NCBI GenBank assembly: GCA_030539115.1
Contig: JAUNSR010000003.1
Coordinates: 94,636-158,635, forward strand
Direction of reading: 5' to 3'
Source: Bacteroidales bacterium
GTDB taxonomy: Bacteria; Bacteroidota; Bacteroidia; Bacteroidales; JAUNSR01
Length of the DNA stretch: 64,000 bases
Shown: piece after piece, positions 28,316 through 39,000 of the stretch
Position numbering within the stretch: position 1 is the stretch's first letter
Layout of the letters: each line of letters begins with the position of its first letter
The notes under the pieces: model-generated
Databases searched by the model: none
The model's input: the letters and a program-made list of their open reading frames with translations, nothing else
What the model was told of the DNA's origin: nothing
Translations under genes and position numbers: made by a program

Positions 28316-29428
28316 ATGCAGAAAATATTTGCACTTATCTTTTTTACATTAATTTTTACTTCAGCATGCAAAAGAAACAATCTCATTGCTGTTGAGAAAT
28401 CGCCATATTATCTTAATGGAGAAATCATCGACACCGTAAAAATCGATAAATTATTGGCATTTATTATTTCTGACAGCTGTAATTTCCATATTGACACTAT
28501 TGATGTTGTTGATGGGAAATTTTTACTTAAGGATTATTCCGACACCCTTAATCAAATCAATCTTTACTATAAGGAAAATAAATATCTCCCGATTTATCTC
28601 CAAAAGACTGACTCTTCGATAGTTAAAATCTATGCTGATAAAGATTCATGTCATTTTGAAAATGACACTGTTAATTCTGCTTTCTATGATTTTATGTATG
28701 CCAATAGAAATTCCATCAATAAGATAACCGGTGAAACAGAATTCTCTGACTCTTTAAAAATCAAGGTTAAACAGACAATTTCCAATTTTATAAGCAATAA
28801 TATTGACAATATTGCATCCACCCTTATATTAAAGGAGTTTTTAGTGCAAAGCTATGACTCGTTATATGTAAAAAAGGAGATTGAAAGCATCAAAAAAATT
28901 GCCAAACCGGGATTATTGCTAAGCCAAATAAACACTTTCAACAAGATAGCTTCAACACCTCAGTTTGACAGACGAATCCCGACTCTTTCTGTTGTCGACA
29001 CTGCAAAAGTCAGATTCAATATAAACGACTTGTCCGACTCTTACAGTGTTATAACATTCTGGGCTTCATGGGACTCAGTATCTGTCAGCAGAGTCAAGGA
29101 ACTTAATAAGCTTTCAAAAGACTTTAAAAACAAGGCTCTTAGCTTTGTCAGCATATCACTTGACACTAACGATTCTATCTGGCAGGAAAATGTTGCTAAA
29201 TTTAAAATTCCGGGAAGAAACTACAGGCTCAGACTTGGATTTGCTGATGATAATGCTGTTAGATATGGCGTCAGAAGCCTTCCTACCAATTATATTGCCG
29301 ATAAAAGGATATATCTTATCAAAGAAAACATTTTTGGCAGCGAACTGAGTACATACCTTAAAAAAGTGGTCGAGGATAAGAAAAAAGAGAATAAAGCCAA
29401 TAAGCCAAAGCCAAACCCTAAAAAATAG
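28316..29428 (+). CDS. Lipoprotein with a C-terminal TlpA/thioredoxin-like domain lacking the CXXC motif
   Basis: Lipobox FTSAC. VITFWASWDSVSV occupies the place where TlpA-family proteins have FWASWCxPC. Lys-rich C-terminal tail. Confidence 0.6.
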   Translation: MQKIFALIFFTLIFTSACKRNNLIAVEKSPYYLNGEIIDTVKIDKLLAFIISDSCNFHIDTIDVVDGKFLLKDYSDTLNQINLYYKENKYLPIYLQKTDSSIVKIYADKDSCHFENDTVNSAFYDFMYANRNSINKITGETEFSDSLKIKVKQTISNFISNNIDNIASTLILKEFLVQSYDSLYVKKEIESIKKIAKPGLLLSQINTFNKIASTPQFDRRIPTLSVVDTAKVRFNINDLSDSYSVITFWASWDSVSVSRVKELNKLSKDFKNKALSFVSISLDTNDSIWQENVAKFKIPGRNYRLRLGFADDNAVRYGVRSLPTNYIADKRIYLIKENIFGSELSTYLKKVVEDKKKENKANKPKPNPKK

Positions 29429-29490
29429 TGCGCCAATACTACCTTTTTTTAATGCTTTTTATTCTTTCACCTCTATTAATAATCTTTTAT

Positions 29491-30279
29491 ATGAAAAATT
29501 TCAAACCCGCAATCTTACTGATTTGCATCTTTATGCTTTGTTCCAACATCTCGGCAAAAAATCCAAAATGGAAACTCGTTTGGAAAGACGACTTTAAAAA
29601 GAATGGAGTTATCGATAAAACAAAATGGAGCAAGATTCCTCGAGGAACAGCAGATTGGAGCAACTATATGTCATCGGATGAGTCTCTTTATGATGTAAAA
29701 AAAGGAAATCTTATATTGCGTGGAAAAGTAAATGATAATTTAGAACAAGATTCCGTTCCCTATATTACCGGTGGAATATTTACAAAGGATAAGTTTACCA
29801 TAAAATATGGCAAGGTGGAAATTAAAGCCAAACTTCCAAATGCCAAAGGCTGCTGGCCCGCTTTTTGGATGCTTCCAAACATTAAAGACCGTAAATGGCC
29901 TTATGATGGTGAGATTGATATAATGGAACATTTAAATCATGATGATATCGCTTACCAAACTGTTCATTCGGGATATACTATTGATCTTGGCATTAAAGAT
30001 AATCCATTGAGCCATGCTACTGCTCCTATGGATAAAAATGGATACAACATTTACAGCGTTGAAAAACGCCCCGACAAGCTTGTTTTTGCTGTAAACGGAA
30101 AAACCACATTCGAATATCCAAGAATTGAAACAGACAAAGAGGGACAATATCCTTTTGATGATCCTTTCTATATCCTTATCGATATGCAGCTTGGTGGCAG
30201 CTGGGTAGGTCCTATCGATGACACTGAGCTTCCTGTGGAGATGCTTGTTGACTGGATAAAAGTTTATGAGATGAAATAA
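29491..30279 (+). CDS. Glycoside hydrolase family 16 (beta-glucanase/laminarinase-like)
   Basis: Catalytic ExDxxE as GEIDIMEH, plus WPAFWMLP. I prefer the ATG at 29491 (MKNFKPAILLICIFMLCSNISA signal peptide) over the GTG at 29428 given in the ORF track. Confidence 0.85.
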   Translation: MKNFKPAILLICIFMLCSNISAKNPKWKLVWKDDFKKNGVIDKTKWSKIPRGTADWSNYMSSDESLYDVKKGNLILRGKVNDNLEQDSVPYITGGIFTKDKFTIKYGKVEIKAKLPNAKGCWPAFWMLPNIKDRKWPYDGEIDIMEHLNHDDIAYQTVHSGYTIDLGIKDNPLSHATAPMDKNGYNIYSVEKRPDKLVFAVNGKTTFEYPRIETDKEGQYPFDDPFYILIDMQLGGSWVGPIDDTELPVEMLVDWIKVYEMK

Positions 30280-30342
30280 ATTTTTACTTTTCCTCTGACT
30301 AATTTCACTTTTCATCTGATCAATTTCAGTTTTCATCTGACT
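30280..30342. repeat. Three tandem 21-bp units immediately after the GH16 stop
   Basis: The three units are atttttacttttcctctgact, aatttcacttttcatctgatc and aatttcagttttcatctgact. Confidence 0.8.
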
Positions 30343-30396
30343 TGTTTCTCTTTTAATCAGTAGTTTATAAATTTCAATCAAATATTTTTTCAATAT

Positions 30397-30448
30397 ATTG
30401 GAGTATATTTTGTAAAACACTATAATGTTTTATAAAATATACTCCAAT
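30397..30448. repeat. 23-bp inverted repeat (one mismatch) with a 6-nt loop; strong hairpin or palindromic site
   Basis: attggagtatattttgtaaaaca ctataa tgttttataaaatatactccaat, followed by tattttt. Confidence 0.7.
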
Positions 30449-31062
30449 TATTTTTAACACATATTTAAGTTTCACAAAAAAAATGCTGATTAAAAAAATT
30501 TATTCACTAATAAAAATAAAATCATCAACTTAATAATCAGTCTTATTTATTATTGATTTATTTGCCGAAAAAGTGACCGATTATTACCCAATATTTTGAG
30601 CTTAATACGTCAGAAATATGTTGATAAAGTACTGATGTCGGTTCAGAAATGTGAAGATAAAACGTTTTCATTGTTCTTTCCATTAAAAGATAATGTTAGC
30701 CGAACTAAATAAGCATTTCAAAGCGTTGTCTTTGAAAGTGCGATTGGTGAGGCGAAGCTTATCTTATTAAAAAAATATGAAAATAAAACGACGCGCACAT
30801 TTGAACATTATTAAGAGGTTTGACGGTATTCCGGTGAAGCAAAAATACAATGATTAATTGGATCTTTGAAAATATTAGAGGTAATGCTATTAAAGAGTTT
30901 ATTATTTAGTCTTTTCGGCAAAATCACAGGTAATCTGAACGGTTTAAGCAAAAACATACCTTTATCTTAACTTTTATTAGTAAATTTGCGCCCGATTATT
31001 TTTCTTTGTGCCTATGTGGATTGATAGTCAGTATATTCATTAATAAACTAACAATATTACTC

Positions 31063-32871
31063 ATGAGATATTTTAAGCAAATTCTTTTCGTCTTGTTTAT
31101 ATTAATCGACATAAATTTTATTTTATCCTGCCAAAATGAAGACACTCCTGAGAACAAACCAAAGCCAATAGAGGAATGGACATACAATGAAGCCTTTGTG
31201 ACAGACGTAACAAGCCATATCAGTACATCTTTTGACAAAGTATATTCCATCAATCGACCAATAAACGAAGATAGTTATGAAAACAGCCCTTTAATTGGTG
31301 TGGCTTATAAACATATCAAGAGTTGCGATGAACATTGGCTCTATATTACTTACCCTTACAAATACGATTCCGTCAAAAAGACCATCTTCTGTCTTGACAA
31401 AAACTTTAATTTGGTCAGTTTCGCTAACGAACGCAAGTCTTATACTTTTGAGAATACCAATACCGGCTTCCGCGTTTTGGAATATGGAGATGAATTGACC
31501 GAACACACCTTTAATAAAAACACAATTATAACCACCCAAGGCGACAATTCAAAACGTGTAGTTGCTGTTGTTGCCAATTTCATGAATAGCGCTACAAGCC
31601 TGTTTGAAGATTGGGAACAACGCGGCATGAAACAACTTGAAAATATTGAGAATAACAAGAATTTTGACACATACGGCAATCTCATAAAAGATGAAATTTA
31701 CTATTATACTGCATCTGAGGACAGCGTACCTTCAATGGTTGCTTCATACCACGCAATGAACAATAATAAGCGAAAAATACTTTTTGGATTAAACTGCATC
31801 AAATCTTGCAGTATGTCAAACAACCAAATTATAACTGATGGCAATATTTATGATAAAGACAACTCGATTATGTGCTTCTTGTGCGAAATACCTGAAAGCA
31901 ACACTTTCTCAGTTAATGACAATAGTGGACTCACTGATATTGATGCTGCACAAAGATGGAACTCAGAACTCAAATTCAACCATCATCTTGAACCAAACAC
32001 AGGTCGATATTGTCTTGTGCCGGTGCTTATAACATCACAGGATGCAACAAAACTACAGAATGACGGACACATTGACAGCGAACGTTGCTATTTCTGTGAG
32101 CAGCCATACTATGTTGATACCGACCCACAAATCATTAGTATCTCTTCCCAAGATGACGCTCCTTACGATTGCGACTCACGCAGTATTTTGCCATGGATAG
32201 AATGCACGATAAATGTAACTCCCCGGGTTCACATTGGAAACAATACTACCATAGAGGTAAAAACAAACACCTTGGGCGTTCCCGATTGGTGCGAAATATC
32301 TATGAATGAAGTTTTTTTCAATGATAGAGTTGAAGGCTCTACTCATTATGTACATTCTGTAACAAGTATATCGAAAAAAAATATTATACTCGATTACGAA
32401 AGTTATACAGCAATAGCTGAAGCCGAAGTACGCCTTCGCATACAAGATTATGATAAATACCCCTACAAGATATACTATTCGTTGCCTATTGCCACTAAAT
32501 TCGTCTATAATCGCCGTCCATTCATAAAATACAGTAACTTGAGTTTTGGACAAGAGCTAAATGAAGCCGGTGAAATGGTTAATATGGTAGGTTATACACT
32601 ACAAATAAATGGAGCCTTATGGTATGACGAAAATAGTCTGACAATTCATTGGGACTCTTTTGAAGGTGAAGGGCACAGAATAGGCGATACTACCATAGAA
32701 GAAAAACAGTGTTATGACAGGTTATATCCCGCAAGCATTAAAGCGCAAAAAGAATTCTATACATTCACTATTAAAGACAAACAATATCACAGCTCTAACA
32801 GCCTCCTTTTCTATTGGGACAACGGAGAAACCGGAAATAACCGTCTCTTAAACGTAAGTCTCGGCGAATAA
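31063..32871 (+). CDS. Hypothetical lipoprotein (602 aa), no family recognised
   Basis: MRYFKQILFVLFILIDINFILSCQNED gives a signal peptide plus lipobox Cys, so the ATG at 31063 is preferred over 31006. It is a long uninterrupted frame in AT-rich DNA. Confidence 0.7.
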   Translation: MRYFKQILFVLFILIDINFILSCQNEDTPENKPKPIEEWTYNEAFVTDVTSHISTSFDKVYSINRPINEDSYENSPLIGVAYKHIKSCDEHWLYITYPYKYDSVKKTIFCLDKNFNLVSFANERKSYTFENTNTGFRVLEYGDELTEHTFNKNTIITTQGDNSKRVVAVVANFMNSATSLFEDWEQRGMKQLENIENNKNFDTYGNLIKDEIYYYTASEDSVPSMVASYHAMNNNKRKILFGLNCIKSCSMSNNQIITDGNIYDKDNSIMCFLCEIPESNTFSVNDNSGLTDIDAAQRWNSELKFNHHLEPNTGRYCLVPVLITSQDATKLQNDGHIDSERCYFCEQPYYVDTDPQIISISSQDDAPYDCDSRSILPWIECTINVTPRVHIGNNTTIEVKTNTLGVPDWCEISMNEVFFNDRVEGSTHYVHSVTSISKKNIILDYESYTAIAEAEVRLRIQDYDKYPYKIYYSLPIATKFVYNRRPFIKYSNLSFGQELNEAGEMVNMVGYTLQINGALWYDENSLTIHWDSFEGEGHRIGDTTIEEKQCYDRLYPASIKAQKEFYTFTIKDKQYHSSNSLLFYWDNGETGNNRLLNVSLGE

Positions 32872-33027
32872 GTGGAGACAGTACAACTGATTTTTAGATA
32901 TATTTAGATTGTGTCTGAGGCTGTACCATATTACGACATAAATACCGCACAGAGTTTATCAACGACACAACTAATGTTTGACTACATAGATTCAATAAAG
33001 TTGTTTGTTAACCGGAAAAGTCTCTTT

Positions 33028-33073
33028 AAGAAAACAAAACGAAAGAAACCGGAGAACATAACACACCGGTTTC
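33028..33073 (-). terminator. Rho-independent terminator of the M28 peptidase gene
   Basis: GAAACCGG / CCGGTTTC stem with a 13-nt loop. The minus strand continues TTTCGTTTTGTTTTC. Confidence 0.55.
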
Positions 33074-33178
33074 TATGACTATTGCATTTCAACCGGAAAA
33101 CGCATTAAAAAAATTTTTGAACATCATTTTCTTTTTTGTGAAAGTAATAGATACCTTTATCTTCCTCACCTGTCAATT

Positions 33179-34213
33179 TTACTTACTTATTTTTACAGTT
33201 TCTTTTTCATTTGCAATATGCCAAAGAGAAAGAAAAGCAGCCTTTGTTATCTCCAACATTTTGTTCCAATTAATAAGTTTAGCTTCATCAGAAGGAAGAT
33301 GATAATCTGAATGAAAACCTGTACTAAAAGCAATGATAGGGATTCCGGCATTAAAAAAATTCGCCTGATCACTTCCTTTGGATAGATCATAAACTGCATC
33401 AAACTTTGGTTGAAGGTCGAGCTTATATTTTATAATATCATTTTGAAGATTTTCTTTAAAAATAGAGTCATTTTTAGTATTTCTAAAATAAAAATCATTG
33501 ATACTATCTTTGGAGCTATTTCTACCGATCATATCAAGATTGATATAGCATTTGATTTGTTGTTTTTCCGAAAAATTATTTACAAAAAATCTTGAGCCAA
33601 GCAGATTAGGCTCTTCACCATCCCAAAAAGCAAAAATCACGGTTCTCTCAGGTTTTGAATCTGCGGCAATAAAAGCTTTAAGAATTTGCAGGACAGCCTG
33701 TACGCCTGAAGCATTGTCATCAGCGCCATTAAATATTTTATCATCAGCAAACATGCTGTTGCATCCCAAATGGTCATAATGGGCTCCAATAACTACAAAT
33801 TCATCCTTTTTATTTCCATCGATTTTACAAATAATGTTACGCATTTCAGCCACTTTATGAGGGCCGGCGGTACATTTTGAAATAAACTCATCAGGATCAA
33901 TATAAAAATATGAATTTTTATTCGGCCACGCATATCCTTTAAATGATTGTTCATAATTATCATTAAGAAAAGGATTTGCCCCCAATTGTTTTATCACAGA
34001 AATAATATATTCTCCCGCAATATACCCTCCTTTAGTTCCCAACTCTCTTCCTTCCAAGGCGTCGGAGGCCAAAAAGTTGATATGAGCTTCAGCTGTTGCT
34101 AAGTTTATAGCTGAAAGCCCTTTAGTTTCAGCTGATATTTTATTTTTAGCATCAATATTTGGACATAAAAATGTAATAAACAAGAATACAAGGATATTAT
34201 ATGTCGTTTTCAT
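33179..34213 (-). CDS. M28-family zinc aminopeptidase
   Basis: GAHYDHLG, ADDNASGVQAVLQI and FWDGEEPNLLGS, which are the metal ligand blocks. Signal peptide present. Confidence 0.85.
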   Translation of the reverse strand: MKTTYNILVFLFITFLCPNIDAKNKISAETKGLSAINLATAEAHINFLASDALEGRELGTKGGYIAGEYIISVIKQLGANPFLNDNYEQSFKGYAWPNKNSYFYIDPDEFISKCTAGPHKVAEMRNIICKIDGNKKDEFVVIGAHYDHLGCNSMFADDKIFNGADDNASGVQAVLQILKAFIAADSKPERTVIFAFWDGEEPNLLGSRFFVNNFSEKQQIKCYINLDMIGRNSSKDSINDFYFRNTKNDSIFKENLQNDIIKYKLDLQPKFDAVYDLSKGSDQANFFNAGIPIIAFSTGFHSDYHLPSDEAKLINWNKMLEITKAAFLSLWHIANEKETVKISK

Positions 34214-34567
34214 GTTAAATATATTAGAATCAAAAATACAACCTGAGTTTTTTAAATTATTGATTTATATAGATACTTTGGTTGACCTAATTGAAAATAA
34301 ATTATAAAAATATAGATTTTAGGAATATGTAATAATTAAATTCTTTAAATAATTGAAAAATTTAGGACTATAAATTAGGCAACCCCTATAAATTCATAAC
34401 ATTATAGCAATAAAAAAATCTGTAAACCAAGAAATAATTAAAAAAACTCTTATTCATTCTATGAGTAAAAAATCTAATAAATCTCAATCATCTAAAGTTT
34501 TATTAAAATTATCCAACATTTTAATAATTATATTGTTATCCAAAATAACAGATATTAATGCATTGCA

Positions 34568-36106
34568 ATGTTAGTAAAAAGCTATACAACAACCATAAGC
34601 GGAATAGATGCTGAAATAGTAACCTGTGAGGTAAACTGCACACCGGGTATTAGAATAATGATGGTTGGTCTGCCTGATATATCTGTCAAGGAGAGCAGAG
34701 ACAGAATACAGGCTGCTGTAACTCAAATCGGACTTAGATTTCCAAGAAAACAGATTGTAATAAATCTTGCACCCTCAGACATACGAAAAGAGGGAGCACA
34801 TTATGATCTTCCGCTTGCAATAGGCATTTTGGCGGCGTCTGAAATTATTAAGCCTGACCACTTGAATGAATATATTTTAGTTGGTGAGCTGTCACTCGAC
34901 GGGAAACTAAAATCTATAAGGGGTGCACTTTCAATAGCCATAAAGGCAAAGGAGGAGGGATTTAAAGGTGTCATTCTGCCTATTGACAATTCTCTTGAAG
35001 CAGCCGTTGTAGATGGCATAGATGTTTACGGCATGGAGAATCTTAAAGATGTTGTCGATTTTATGAACGACCATGGCGGCTTTAAGCCTGTAAAAATTGA
35101 TGTAGAAAGGGAGTTTTACCGGCAGATTGAGATTTATGACATGGATTTTGAGGATGTAAAAGGACAACAGAATGTTAAAAGGGCTTTTGAGGTGGCTGCT
35201 GCAGGGTCGCACAATATAATTCTTGTTGGTCCTCCCGGTTCAGGCAAGTCAATGATGGCAAAGAGAGTGCCATCTATTCTGCCTCCTTTAACTATTGAAG
35301 AATCGCTCGAAACAACACGCATACATTCCATCGCCGGCTATACTTCTAATAAAGGATTGATAACTCAAAGGCCTTTTCGCTCGCCTCATCATTCTATATC
35401 ATCTGTGGCACTTATCGGTGGGGGAGCCAATCCTGCACCCGGTGAAGTTTCATTGGCACACAACGGTGTCCTGTTTTTGGATGAAATAGCTGAATTTGCA
35501 AAAAAGAATGTTTTGGAAACGCTTAGGATACCTCTTGAAGATGGCAGAATTTGCATCTCCCGCTCCAAGACAAGCGTAACTTTTCCATCCAATCTGATGC
35601 TTGTGGCATCCATGAATCCCTGTCCGTGCGGGTATTATAATCATCCTACCAAGGAGTGCGTTTGTGCTCCGGGGGCAGTAAAAAAATATTTAAACAGGAT
35701 ATCCGGTCCTCTTATGGATAGGATTGATATCCAGATAGAGATTGTGCCTGTAGCATTTGATGATCTGGCAACAAGGATAAAGAGCGAGTCGAGCAAGGTT
35801 ATTAGGGAGAGGGTTATAGAGGCAAGAAAAATTCAGCAGGAAAGGTTTAAAAACGAGCCTGGTATATACTCAAATTCACAAATGACGCCACGTCTTTTAA
35901 ATAAATATGCTTTTCCGGAAAAAGAGGCGCTCGAAAAACTTCGCTTTGCCATGGAGGCTTTCTCTCTCTCAGCCCGTGCCTATGACAGAATTCTAAAAGT
36001 GAGCAGAACTATTGCAGATCTTGACAAAAGCGATAAAATCTGCACCATGCATATCAATGAAGCCATTCACTATAGAAACCTTGACAAAGACAATTGGGCT
36101 GAATAA
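34568..36106 (+). CDS. comM: YifB/ComM-family Mg-chelatase-like AAA+ ATPase
   Basis: Lon-like N-terminal domain with the HYDLPLAIGILAA motif, Walker A GPPGSGKSM, and VLFLDEIAEF. Confidence 0.9.
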   Translation: MLVKSYTTTISGIDAEIVTCEVNCTPGIRIMMVGLPDISVKESRDRIQAAVTQIGLRFPRKQIVINLAPSDIRKEGAHYDLPLAIGILAASEIIKPDHLNEYILVGELSLDGKLKSIRGALSIAIKAKEEGFKGVILPIDNSLEAAVVDGIDVYGMENLKDVVDFMNDHGGFKPVKIDVEREFYRQIEIYDMDFEDVKGQQNVKRAFEVAAAGSHNIILVGPPGSGKSMMAKRVPSILPPLTIEESLETTRIHSIAGYTSNKGLITQRPFRSPHHSISSVALIGGGANPAPGEVSLAHNGVLFLDEIAEFAKKNVLETLRIPLEDGRICISRSKTSVTFPSNLMLVASMNPCPCGYYNHPTKECVCAPGAVKKYLNRISGPLMDRIDIQIEIVPVAFDDLATRIKSESSKVIRERVIEARKIQQERFKNEPGIYSNSQMTPRLLNKYAFPEKEALEKLRFAMEAFSLSARAYDRILKVSRTIADLDKSDKICTMHINEAIHYRNLDKDNWAE

Positions 36107-36345
36107 AAGGATTTTATTGGGGGTAAATCATTAAAGATATATCTAAGCATGTCAAGAGAAAAAACAATGCTAAAGCCAAGAATACCAAAAATAAAATAAA
36201 GCCACTAATATTTTTAAGCCGACCAATAAGGATATAATTAAATATCAATTTTCGCTATATTTGTGATTCAGTAAAACAAAAGGAGATTTCCAGAGATGAA
36301 ATAGTCTTTTGAAAAAGCTATTATTAATATATTAATATAACTATT

Positions 36346-38964
36346 GTGGCAAAGAATGTGGTGGAAACACCTTTGATGAAGCAATATAATGAAATGAAAG
36401 CAGTGCATCCTGATGCAATACTTTTGTTTCGTGTCGGCGACTTTTATGAAACTTTCTCAGACGATGCAATCATAGCATCTGAAATTCTCGGCATAACTTT
36501 GACAAGACGTGCCAACGGAGCCGCTTCTTATGTGGAACTTGCCGGTTTTCCTCATCACGCACTCGACACTTATCTTCCAAAACTTATACGTGCAGGCAAA
36601 AGAGTTGCAATATGTGATCAACTTGAAGATCCCAAACTAACTAAAAAGCTTGTCAAAAGAGGTATTACAGAACTTGTAACTCCCGGTGTTTCTATCAATG
36701 ACAATATTCTTAATCATAAAGAAAACAATTTTCTTGCAGGAATACATTTTGGTAAGGGCAAAAAAGAGTGCGGGATAGCTCTTTTGGATATTTCAACAGG
36801 TGAATTTCTTACTGCAGAGGGTACAACAGAATATGTTGATAAGTTGTTGAACAACTTCAATCCAAAGGAGGTCTTGTTTGAACGTGGAAAAAAGGCTTTT
36901 TTTGAGGAATGCTTCGGCAATCATTACTGTTGTTTCGAACTTGAGGATTGGATTTTTACAGCCGATGCCGCAAAAGACAGACTTCTAAAGCAATTTGAGA
37001 CACAAAATCTAAAGGGATTCGGTGTTGAGCACTTAAAAAACGGAGTTATCGCAGCGGGTGTGCTTTTATATTATCTCGATATAACACAGCATACACAAAT
37101 AAGTCATATCAATTCTCTTTCAAGAATCGAAGAGGACGGATATGTGCGTCTCGATAAATTCACAGTCAGAAGCCTTGAGCTTATCTCTACAATGAATGAA
37201 GAGGGATGCTCCATGCTTCAGGTTATTGATAAGACTGTATCTCCAATGGGAGCAAGACTTCTTCGCCGCTGGATTTTATTTCCTTTAAAGGATGTGGCAA
37301 GAATCAAGGAAAGACTTGATGTGGTGGATTATTTCTTTAAGTCGCCCGATGTTAAAGATGAACTGAATGAAAATCTCTCTTTGATAGGTGATTTGGAAAG
37401 AATAATATCTAAAGTTGCAGTAGGAAGAGTTACTCCAAGAGAAATAGTTCAGTTGAAAGTGGCTTTACAGGCTCTCGAACCTATAAAGAAACTTTGCTCA
37501 GAATCTAAAGAGCCGAGCCTGGAAAAAATCGGAAATCAAATTAATACCTGCGAACTTTTATATAAAAGAATAGAAAAAGAGATTACCCCCGATCCTCCAA
37601 CTTTATTGAACAGAGGTGGTATCATCGCTTCAGGGATAAATGAGGAGCTTGATAATTTAAGAGATATGGCCTTTTCGGGAAAAGATTATCTTTTGAAAAT
37701 TCAGCAAAGAGAGGTTGAGGCTACAGGAATTCCAAGCCTTAAGATCAGCTATAATAATGTGTTTGGTTATTATATTGAGGTAAGAAACACTCATAAAGAC
37801 AAGGTGCCTCAAGATTGGATAAGAAAGCAGACACTTGTAAATGCTGAAAGATATATTACTCAAGAATTAAAAGAGTATGAGGAGAAGATACTCGGAGCAG
37901 AGGAAAAGATAATATCACTTGAGACAAAGCTCTTTAATGAACTTGTAATGTATATAACAGACTATATCCCTGTTATACAGCACAATGCCAATCTTGCAGC
38001 CCATGTAGACTGTCTCCTTTCTTTTGCAAAAGCAGCCTCTCAGAACAAATATATACGTCCTGATATTAATGATTCGCTTGTTATAGATATAAAACAGGGT
38101 AGACATCCTGTAATTGAAAAGCAACTTCCTGCGGGAGAGCCTTATATAGCAAATGATGTATATCTGGATAATGATTCTCAACAGATTATCATTATCACAG
38201 GTCCTAACATGGCAGGTAAGTCTGCTCTTTTAAGGCAAACAGCTCTTATAACCCTCATGGCGCAAATAGGATGTTTTGTTCCTGCTGAAAGTGCGAAAAT
38301 TGGAGTTGTTGACAAGATATTCACAAGGGTCGGAGCTTCCGATAATATTTCATTGGGTGAATCGACTTTTATGGTTGAGATGAATGAAGCTTCCAATATT
38401 TTGAATAATCTATCAGAAAGAAGTCTTATTCTTTTTGATGAACTTGGAAGAGGGACAAGTACCTATGATGGCATTTCAATTGCTTGGGCTATTGTTGAAA
38501 ACATTCATGAAAATCCTAAAGGTCACCCGAAGACTCTTTTTGCTACTCATTATCATGAGTTGAATGAGATGGAAAAAAGTTTCAACAGAATATCAAATTA
38601 TAATGTTTCTGTCAAAGAGGTGGACAATAAAGTTATTTTCCTCAGAAAACTTGTAAAGGGAGGCAGTGAGCACAGTTTTGGTATCCATGTTGCCAAGATG
38701 GCAGGGATGCCGCAAAGTATAGTAAAAAGGGCAAACTCAATTCTAAAACAACTTGAGAGTGAGAATAGAAAGGGAGGAATTGCCAAACCTGTAAAGGAAA
38801 TAGCCACTCATAGAGAGGGGATGCAATTGAGCATTTTTCAGCTTGACGATCCTGTTTTGAGTCAAATAAGAGATGAAATAAACACTCTCGATATAAACAA
38901 CCTTACACCAATAGAAGCATTAAACAAGCTCAGTGAGATAAAAAAAATAGTAAGGGGCAGATAA
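36346..38964 (+). CDS. mutS: DNA mismatch repair protein MutS
   Basis: GTG start. [28 protein letters not shown], Walker A GPNMAGKS, and [12 protein letters not shown]. Confidence 0.97.
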   Translation: MAKNVVETPLMKQYNEMKAVHPDAILLFRVGDFYETFSDDAIIASEILGITLTRRANGAASYVELAGFPHHALDTYLPKLIRAGKRVAICDQLEDPKLTKKLVKRGITELVTPGVSINDNILNHKENNFLAGIHFGKGKKECGIALLDISTGEFLTAEGTTEYVDKLLNNFNPKEVLFERGKKAFFEECFGNHYCCFELEDWIFTADAAKDRLLKQFETQNLKGFGVEHLKNGVIAAGVLLYYLDITQHTQISHINSLSRIEEDGYVRLDKFTVRSLELISTMNEEGCSMLQVIDKTVSPMGARLLRRWILFPLKDVARIKERLDVVDYFFKSPDVKDELNENLSLIGDLERIISKVAVGRVTPREIVQLKVALQALEPIKKLCSESKEPSLEKIGNQINTCELLYKRIEKEITPDPPTLLNRGGIIASGINEELDNLRDMAFSGKDYLLKIQQREVEATGIPSLKISYNNVFGYYIEVRNTHKDKVPQDWIRKQTLVNAERYITQELKEYEEKILGAEEKIISLETKLFNELVMYITDYIPVIQHNANLAAHVDCLLSFAKAASQNKYIRPDINDSLVIDIKQGRHPVIEKQLPAGEPYIANDVYLDNDSQQIIIITGPNMAGKSALLRQTALITLMAQIGCFVPAESAKIGVVDKIFTRVGASDNISLGESTFMVEMNEASNILNNLSERSLILFDELGRGTSTYDGISIAWAIVENIHENPKGHPKTLFATHYHELNEMEKSFNRISNYNVSVKEVDNKVIFLRKLVKGGSEHSFGIHVAKMAGMPQSIVKRANSILKQLESENRKGGIAKPVKEIATHREGMQLSIFQLDDPVLSQIRDEINTLDINNLTPIEALNKLSEIKKIVRGR

Positions 38965-39000
38965 CCTCTTACTATTTTTTATAATAATAGAATTATATAT

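Noticed and set aside
29932-30420. 162-aa minus-strand ORF with a repeated EIDQMK pattern
   Set aside because: Most of it is antisense to the GH16 coding region. The peptide repeat is just the translation of the 21-bp DNA tandem repeat.
30777-30857. 26-codon ORF MKIKRRAHLNIIKRFDGIPVKQKYND in the gene-free region, possibly a remnant of a larger gene
   Set aside because: It is too short to assign. I cannot match it to a transposase or other family from memory, and no flanking coding remnant is evident.
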